A stretch of DNA of 60,355 nucleotides, the filler included, from Catajapyx aquilonaris (taxonomy: Eukaryota), in NCBI GenBank assembly GCA_000934665.2. It is 3 parts of 3 records of this genome, joined end to end, with 100 filler letters (N's around TTAATTAATTAA, not from the genome) between each part and the next. Parts side by side here need not be neighbours in the genome. Positions count along the whole stretch, not along the records: positions 40,365 to 60,355 come from JYFJ02006353.1; 2 more parts are not named here. One strand, 5' to 3'. Position 1 is the first letter of the stretch. Every line of letters begins with the position of its first letter. The notes below the pieces were generated by a model. That model was not told the origin of the DNA, made no database searches, and was given only the letters and a program-made list of their open reading frames with translations. Shown piece after piece: positions 52,531 through 60,355 of this stretch. The position numbers and the translations under genes were made by a program.

Positions 52531-53459
52531 TAATGGATACCCCGTGATAGGCCCCTTGGGCCTCTTAGGGGATCATCTTTTGAACATAGTTTTGACATAG
52601 TGACATAGTTTTGACATAGTGACCAGCATCTCCTGTTCACAATCTTAGCATGTAATACACCTCAGTCGCTGTTTTTTTTTTCAAACTGAAGCAATACCTC
52701 AACACAGAATTTTGGTCCTCACCGCCACGCCGACCTCTGGCAGAGTGGAGGCAAATGTGAACCTAACTCTACTTCCGGTGTCCCCATCGCCTGGGATCAT
52801 GGAATATTCGAACAAAAATTGGTGTTCTAATAGTTCAAGCCATTCGGGACGCGATTCCATTCACTGAGTCATGAACTAATTCTCTTTGTCATGATTAAAA
52901 AATCAGTCTCAATTTCTTTTGAGTGGCCCTCACACTTTCAACTTATTTTTGCCTCTCCTGTAAAATCTTTAAAATGGTATGTTCACCCTTTCTCCTTAAT
53001 GCTGACGATATGATGCACACCTGGATATAAATTGGGCGCCCATAATTCATTGGTGAAAGTATTAGCACCCATTATCCATGTATTTTGAGATTGGTGCAAT
53101 TGAAAATATACTGAAAGCGAGGTGGAGCTATATTTATAAAAGTTCCAAGTAAGGGAGACAACTGAATCATAATTCCTTACAACTAATAATAGTTTTGATG
53201 GTCTATGCTTTACTGTTACTACAGCATTACCCTGAATTCTGCAGCATGCCAGTAAAATTGGGGATGACCAGATTTTAGAAAATGCACATCCGGTGGCTGT
53301 AAGTTGGGGTATGCCAGTACAGCCTCCTGACGCCCCGCTTACAGCCCTCTAGCCATTGGGTTTTGTAATTTAATTAAAAAAAAAAAAAAAAAATCTGGGC
53401 TTCAGGAGGATAGACTGGGGCTTTGTCAGCAATTTAGCTGGCAATAACCCAGGAAAGCA

Positions 53460-53670
53460 TAGTGGGCACTCCATATCCACAGGGGATTGGTTCCACATCT
53501 TCCCACCGACACAAAAATCCAAGAATGCTCAAGTCCCTCGTATAAAGTGGCAAAGTATTTGCATATAACCTATGCACATTCTCCCATATTATACTTTAAT
53601 CATCTCTAGATTACTCGTAATACCTAATACAATATAAATGCAATGTAAACAGTTGTTATATGTCTTTTGT
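53460..53670 (+). mobile_element. MER2-like (TcMar-Tigger) fragment
   Basis: GGGGATTGGTTCCA..ATGCTCAAGTCCCT..AGTATTTGCATATAACCTA.GCACAT..ATCATCTCTAGATTACT..TAATACCTAATACAAT.TAAATGC.ATGTAAA.AGTTGTTATA is colinear with the MER2 consensus as I recall it. Confidence 0.75.
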
Positions 53671-53989
53671 TATAAGGTATCAATGTGGTGTTTTATTTTC
53701 AAGCCCCAGAATGACGTTGATAAAATAGATCTTTCCCCCATCAGTGTCAACCATTCACAAAATATCTCAGCAAACATACAATGTCAAGATTATTTGTTCA
53801 AATGCATAACAAAAATATGAATATAAACAGCTATAGTCCAAGTTGGGAGATCAAGTGATGGAGATCAATCAGCAGGCTGCCTGGCTAGGGGTTGAATCCA
53901 TGCCAGGAATCAGGAGACCAAGGAACTTCAGGTTAGGTGCCCAGATGTGTGATCAATCTTTCCATGCACTAGCTACAGTACATCATTAC

Positions 53990-54126
53990 CTTTCTGGTTC
54001 TTCTTCGCAGTTTTCTGCCATACATTTCTTGGCAGCCAACTCTTTGGCACGCTCAGCTAGTTTTTTTTCTACAGCGATGGCCTGTTCCCGGTACCTTTGC
54101 ATCTCCTGGCGAAGAGCAGGAGTGAC
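53990..54126 (-). CDS. CCP110: CP110 coding exon 2
   Basis: TTGTAG|VTPALRQEMQRYREQAIAVEKKLAERAKE...EPE-ag|GTAATG; matches the CP110 N-terminal PL....R.EMQ.....A..VE motif; 137 nt, phase 0 to 2. Confidence 0.92.
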
Positions 54127-54155
54127 CTACAACGAACATGAAATGATCATACATA

Positions 54156-54228
54156 TATAATTATAATTATAATAATTTGTACCCCGTGCTAGAGCCATGG
54201 GCCCTCTTAGGGATGTGGGATACCACCA
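54156..54228 (-). mobile_element. 5'-truncated retroposon tail
   Basis: TSD AAATGATCATACATA (54141-54155 and 54229-54243); sequence matches the family C SINE 3' tail. Confidence 0.75.
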
Positions 54229-54366
54229 AAATGATCATACATAGATACATCATAATACAAACATGAGCATAACCATCACAAGTTCCCTATAAAATAGGTA
54301 ATTGGTGATGAAAGAGAAGAACCCACAATCACCACGTGAAACTCATCACACTAATCCAAGGACAAT

Positions 54367-57217
54367 TGACCCATTTCCAGATGCGCGCCTCTTGCGGCCA
54401 ATTTTGGCCTGCCATCAAAATGGCGGCGTTATGAGTGCAGAGGTGGGACTGGCCTATCCCTGCCCATGTTAAATGGCCTCTGCTTGCTCGCGTCTGGGGG
54501 TCTGGTCCCGGGGCAGATTTTGTTGACATATTTGCTTTTTTGAGTGAGGAGGTTCCTGGTCTGCCCTCACCAGGTTCCAAAAGTTAATTGGCCCCCGGGC
54601 AGACTGCCCTCAGAGTGATTTTGTGAGTACGAGCAAGAGCTAAAGTTATTAGCTCTTGGTACGAGCTTCTCATTACTATATCCGGTCTCTTTATTGTCCG
54701 CGTCTGATGGTTTGGCCCCGGGGCAGATCTTGCTGGTTATTTTTTTGGAGTGACCAGAGACCGGACCTTCTCTTACCAGCTAGGTGCCTAAAGTGAATCG
54801 GCCCAGAGACTAAGTGCACCCGGACCCGGAGTGATTTTGTTTTATAGTGGTGACCGGGCTTTTCTAATTATTATACCTGGGCTCCAATGGGGCTGGCTCA
54901 CCGAAAGTTCGGCCGACAGGTGGCGTTAGTGTGCGGAAGGTTATTGTTTTTCTCTCTATACGGGCCTCATGCACGGGTCGAGAGTGCAGGGTTGCCTCTA
55001 AAAATTCATTCCGGCCAAACTGGGAGTCGCCCTGGTGTGACAGTGCCCCCATCGTCGAGAGGAGATTCCGAGGATCCCGTCAATGTCCATATAAGCCGTA
55101 AATACTGGGCGGTTATTTTACTTGAGAATTTAATATCGAATATGAGGGGAAGAAGAAAAGAATAAAATTCCCCCGTAAATTAACCTGTTGTTATTTATGG
55201 CCGATATGGCCTTCGACGGAAACGTCGGAATCTCCCCTCGACGACTTGGGAACTGTCACACCCGTGCGACCCCCAGTTTGGCCGGAATGAATTTTCAGAG
55301 ACAACCCTGCACTCTGGAACCGTTGGGTTACAGTCTGTCAGATTCTCACCCTCCCAGACGCTATATGTCCCACTTTTTACCCTCATATTCGCTATTAAAT
55401 TCTCCAGTAAAATAAACCGTGGTTATTTATGGCCGATATGGACCTCGACGCCATCGTCGGAATCTCCTCTCGACAACGGGGGCACTGTCAAACCAGGACG
55501 ACCCCTAGATTGGCTGCAATGAATTTTCAGAGGTAACCCTGCGAGTGGACCCCACTCCTCCTTGAGCCCGCTATGCCTCGCTCTCCCAGCGGCCAAGCCC
55601 ACCCATTCTGCCCGCACCTGGTCCGTCTCAGCCCGGGGCCTGCCCCACCTTGCCCATAGCATGTATATTCGCCCCAGCAACCTCTCCTCCCCCGAAGGGG
55701 GAGGAGAGGGGCAAGGAGAGGGTACAGGGGCGAACATAAGGAACGGAAGAAAAAAAACCGGGTCGAAAATTTTGGCGTGACTAGACCAAAACCCAAAGAG
55801 TCACATGGACCACAAACTCGCAAATTCTGTAGTCCTCAGGCTTGAAGTGCGAATGGCAGACGACGTCATGAACAACCTGATCTCAAAGATTTCCAGTTCG
55901 TGAATCCACGCGTTTGATGGCAACTCGCCACTGTTTCCGAAGCGATGGGTTTTTGGGAAATTGATGGCCGGAAATGTTGCATCGGCAACTCGGTACACAA
56001 CAGTACTGTGGCATTTTGCTGGTTTGGACCTTTGCTTCGTACTGTCGCAGCAAGGTTCAAGCTTCATCTCCAACAGAAAGTGAACAGAAATCACATCTTG
56101 TATGGAAATGTAGACGGGACAATACCAGTATTCACTCCTGACGATACTGAACTATAACTTTTCGCCCACTAGCGCCGCCCTACCGGTTAGTGCCTGAGCC
56201 AGCCCCATTGTCAGCGTCTGGCGGTTTGGCCCCGGGGCAGATCTTGCTGAGGTTGAACCCTTATTTTAACTATGTTTGTGTTCCCCCTAAAAGGGCTCTG
56301 CCCTCTAATGGGGTAAATAAAATAAATAAAAATAAAAACTCTGTTTGTGTAAGTTTGTAGCATGCTCATTAAAAAAAAATACGTCACTTGTCTAATAAAT
56401 GTTTGCAATACAAATGTACCGTATACGTGCATATTTTTGCAACAGTTCTGTTACGCCGGGAGTCTAAAATGTGACACTAATTTATGAAATTAGTGGAACC
56501 ATCTAAATAATTCTCAGCAAGATCTTCCCAGCGCCAAACCACCAGACGCGGACAATAAGAGCCCAGATAATAATGAGAAAAACGCGGTCACCAAATTAAA
56601 ACAAAATCACTCCAGGTCCAGGGGCACTTCGCCTCGGGGCAGATTCACTTCAGGCACCTGGGAAGGGAAGGTCCGGTCTCTGGTCACTCCAAAAAAATAA
56701 CCAGCAAGATCTGCCCCGGGGCCAAACCATCAGATGCGGACAATAAAGAAACCGGATATAGTAATGAGAAGCTCGTACTCACAAAATCACTCCGAGGGCA
56801 GTCCGCCCGGGGGCCAATTAACTTTTGGAACCTGGTGAGGGCAGGGCAGGAACCTCCTCACTCCAAACAAAAATGTCAACAAGATCTGCCCCGGGGCCAG
56901 ACCCCCAGACACGGACAATCGGAGCCCGGGCAGCAATGAAAAAAGCACGATCACCATTCACAAAATCACTCCGGGGGCAGTCCGCCCGGGGGCCAATTAA
57001 CTTTTGGAACCTGGTGAGGGCAGACCAGGAACCTCCTCATTCTAAAAAAAAAAAATGTCTACAAGATCTGCCCCAGGGCCAGACCCCCAGACGCGAGCAA
57101 GCAGAGGCCATTTAACATGGGCAGGGATAGGCCAGTCCTGCCTCTGCACTCATAACACTGCCATTTTGATGGCAGGCCAAAATTGGCCACGAGAGGCGCG
57201 CACCTGGAAATTGGTCA
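54367..57217. mobile_element. 2.85-kb foldback transposon with internally repetitive long TIRs
   Basis: AATTGACCCATTTCCAG...CTGGAAATTGGTCAATT; arms of about 500-700 bp built from repeated CCCCGGGGCAGAT units; a nested CAGGGTTGCC inverted-repeat element lies at about 54987-55531. Confidence 0.88.
55829..56014 (-). pseudogene. THAP zinc-finger domain remnant (transposase N-terminus)
   Basis: AAAATG-MPQYCCVPSCRCNISGHQFPKNPSLRKQWRVAIKRVDSRTGNL*DQVVHDVVCHSHFKPEDY: C2CH ligands plus the conserved P, W and F; a single TGA at 55885-55883. Confidence 0.88.
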
Positions 57218-57293
57218 ATTCAAGCATCAACAATGGGGTAAACAATAAAGGATGAGATGGTTACACACACAAGTTGTAATAATAATTACATAC

Positions 57294-57410
57294 CAAAGGT
57301 GGAAGGGCAATGGTAGAAGATCGAGACAACCTCATGGTCGTGCCTGAAAGGGCTTCAGGAAGGTAACCCTGTTGTCCTCGATGAGCATCAGTGTTGCGCC
57401 GAGATGCCAT
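57294..57410 (-). CDS. CCP110: CP110 first coding exon
   Basis: TTTCAG|GTTGAGG-ATG MASRRNTDAHRGQQGYLPEALSGTTMRLSRSSTIALPPL|GTATGT; phase 0 joins LPPL to VTP, restoring the CP110 motif. The acceptor at 57418 implies an upstream UTR exon. Confidence 0.85.
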
Positions 57411-58699
57411 CCTCAACCTGAAACAACATTCATAGAATATACACTACCTGTCAGAAATCTGAGGACACCCTCCCAAATACTTGAATTTTTTATTTCTGCT
57501 TGTGTCAACAGAACAAAAATCTTAGAAATGTAGCAATTGGGAATAATTGGACCAGTTGCACCATTTCCAAAGCCCAAAAACAAAATCAACTGGTAAAAAT
57601 GGTACATCTGAGTGGCCAGTTGCTGCCACTAAAAGTGGCCACGTGTGAACTGGGCCTTACTTGTCAGAACCAAGATACGGCAAGTGTCTGTGAACATCCC
57701 ACAAATATGAATAACACCCTTATGGTTGGTAAGCACGAATATCAATGGAAGCACAAAGGGAATGCCTGCACCACCCTGCGAGCAAGTCTCCGCTCTCCAC
57801 CACTACTGCTGGAGGAAGAGCATCCTACATGCAGTACCATACATGAACAGGCACCCACATTACCCCATTATCAGCCCCAAACACCTAGACATTACCAGCC
57901 CTGTAAGAATTTCCCTCACCCCGTCGACCTAGATTTGTTCGAGTTTGTCCGTCGCTCTCAAAAAAGCTGCTCCTGCAACTCTACCTTGGCCCAACGGATT
58001 TTTCCTTAGTCCAGCCGCTTCTGCGTCCTGTCCTTGAAGATTCACGCCTACACGCTTTCCGCCCAACAATTCTGGCTACTTCGCACGGGGATTATTAGAA
58101 GAGAAGGAACATAAAACTAGCTCAAACGGAGCGAACGCTCAACGGTTCTCTTCTCTGCAAGTAAAAGGAGGGATTTGTTCTTGTTCTTGATAAACAAGTT
58201 ACCAGGTCCACAAAACTGTTTACAAAACGAAGGTTGCGTTTGTGCAAGATATATTTCAGTATAATTAAGGGTATTTTTATTTGCTTATTTCAACATACAA
58301 ATACATTAACTGCGCATATGTATGTATAATTCAGTTAAGTGTACTTCATGAATTAGTGGGCATAGCACTTTGCATAGAAGGTAGCTACAGCGTAGTGTGC
58401 TTATTGGTGTAGTAGGCATCCATTTTGATTTGGCGGGAAAATGCTCTTTGTTAATCTCAAAATTTATAGTTTGAACTTTTGCAGTAAGAAAATTATGCCA
58501 ATACTTCATTAATCGACTGCATGTAAAATACATAATTTAAAACTCAAATTATGGTTATGATCTCAACCATTGTTACCAGCTGATACGTTAATAGAAATAT
58601 TTATGAATGTGTGTAAAATTTCATTATAGTGATACGAAAAAAACGTCAAATAAAATAAATATTGAAGTGATAAATATTTTTTAAAGTAAGTATTGTGGG

Positions 58700-59000
58700 A
58701 AGTAGGCACGTTTCTCCGTACTGGCAACTGTGTCGGGTGGAGAGAGTTTTGTGGTCTGTTATCGAGATAACGATAAAGGTCATCATGTAGTTTTCTACCT
58801 CTTTATCCAGGAAATCTAGTTATTTCACGATATTTACACAACATGCCACACCTTGTTACAAAGCCACGTAAAGGATGCCAATTTGTTCAATGCTTCCGTG
58901 ACATGTTTTAAGTGTATTTAATTTGCGCTGGTCATGCACAGAAATATCCACAGTGACGAGTTAATACGCCAAAATTGGCATATTGGCTTTGGGCGTGATT
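58700..59000. promoter_or_regulatory. Probable bidirectional promoter region
   Basis: Lies between divergent start codons 1.8 kb apart; DRE-like TTATCGAGATAACGATAA at 58759-58776. Boundaries are approximate. Confidence 0.35.
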
Positions 59001-59235
59001 TACAATCCCATTACGTTGGCAGTCAAATCCTGTCAACTATCATGTGACTAACAGAATCTCATGTGGCTATTTTCTGCTATGATATCACATGGATTTGTGT
59101 GAGTGCAATGCAACTAACCTTCTTATTTTGGCAGATGATTGGTGCTAAACGTCTCTGAGCAGCTGAGAAAACACGAGCTTCCATTGGCAAGTCAATGGTT
59201 TCATTGGTTTTGCCGAGTGCAACTTTAGTGCCACA

Positions 59236-59288
59236 ATGAAGAAGCAATTGCTGCGAGTTAAACAGCTAGCTGATCAAACTTTTGCGAG
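59236..59288 (+). CDS. BAR-domain RhoGAP (ARHGAP17/ARHGAP44/RhoGAP92B-like), first coding exon
   Basis: CACAATG MKKQLLRVKQLADQTFA-ag|GTAAGT resembles MKKQFNRMKQLANQTVGR of RICH-family GAPs; 53 nt; acceptor TTTTGGCAG at 59134. Confidence 0.85.
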
Positions 59289-59879
59289 GTAAGTGTTCAC
59301 TCTTCGTTACTAGGTTGGTTCAGTGTAGACTTCCAAATGTGGAATGGGTGGTTTTTTAAACCTTCTAATTATGCTGCTGCCGTGTACCTAATCTTTCTGG
59401 ATAGAGTTTTGTAAGGTGCATAGTGTGGTTTTATTGTGAAAGAAAATATTTTTAAAGTCCTGAATGACTTCAGATTTTCGCTTGCAGTCTTTTACAAGCG
59501 TGATTTGGTGACTACTGCACCTATGTAGATGACATGTGAAAGCAGTGTCCAGAGTTAAGGTGTGTTCACAAGCTCTCGAGAAATGAAATTAGCGAAATCA
59601 TGAATGAGATAGAAGCCAATATTTGAACATCATTGCCTGTGGAGTCGGGCCTATGTGGTTCGTTCACGCTTTTGCTAAGGCCATTTATCATGAGCGTGGG
59701 AACACATCTTCATGCATGAAGTTGACTGATGAATTGGTTGATTAACTCGTAGGACTATTTTGGCATGACAAGTGCTATAGTGATACTGCTCCGTAACAGT
59801 ATGGTAATTGCCTGTATTAGGGTGTCATGATGTTTAATTGCACTTATATAAATGGAAAATTAACAATGATGGCTATATA

Positions 59880-60041
59880 CCGTAAAACCTCGATATAACA
59901 CTCTTCAAGGGACCGCCCAAAAGTAGCTTTATAAGCAGGATAGCGTTGTATGCAGGAAAATTTACCTTGTGGAAATGATCAAGGGACCGGAAAATGGGGC
60001 GTTAAAAGAGGAAGGGAAAGCGTTATATCGACGTTTTACTG
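59880..60041. mobile_element. pogo/Tigger-like MITE
   Basis: TA|CCGTAAAACCTCGATATAAC...GTTATATCGACGTTTTACTG|TA. Confidence 0.8.
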
Positions 60042-60355
60042 TATATTGTGAAACATTGTTACATTATTCTCAATATTAAAAATTAGTGCAATAACTTTTA
60101 ACCTAATTAAAACTTCCACTTCTGACCTCCCACCCCCGGACCCCCATCTTTTCCTGTCTCTCTCCTTATTCTACACCCATAAGGTGAATTCGTTTATGGC
60201 TGAGGGTAGCAATAGTGTAGCTCCAGCGAGAGTTCTGCATTCGTTTATGACGAAGCTGCTCTAAAGGGGCAGGGCTTGGCGTAGCACTGCATTCGTTTAT
60301 CCCAGTGCAAGGGTCGGGTGTAGCGCGAGTGTAGCTCTGGCCTGCACGCTCGTTC

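Noticed and set aside
57500..58180. 169-aa plus-strand ORF and a faint PHD-like LINE ORF1 trace on the minus strand
   Set aside because: No recognisable domain in the ORF; the PHD-like trace lacks most zinc ligands.

Overview
Eukaryotic (arthropod) genomic DNA from a draft scaffold; the species cannot be determined from the sequence. There are N gaps, two of them carrying an artificial TTAATTAATTAA linker. Three intron-containing genes are visible. (1) The 5' half of an Rdl-type GABA-gated chloride channel on the minus strand: probable signal-peptide exon 26000-25858, exon 2 at 19717-19629, two alternative 68-nt exon-3 copies (17737-17670 and 16893-16826) and exon 4 at 7614-7388; later exons were not found and presumably lie left of the window. 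(2) An apparently complete CP110 (CCP110) centriolar protein gene on the minus strand, 57410 to about 50045/50105, about 620 aa. (3) The first coding exon of an ARHGAP17/ARHGAP44 (RICH/RhoGAP92B-type) gene on the plus strand at 59236, head-to-head with CP110. The rest is dense with non-autonomous transposons: MITEs, long foldback elements, tRNA-SINEs with TSDs, Helitron/Helentron-type elements and transposase fossils. The best leads are the regulatory architecture around the mutually exclusive Rdl exons (YCAY cluster and competing pairings), a THAP-bearing foldback element, and a segment closely resembling mammalian MER2. Nearly all short ORFs in the supplied track appear spurious. Family assignments come from recalled sequences and motifs, not from database searches.
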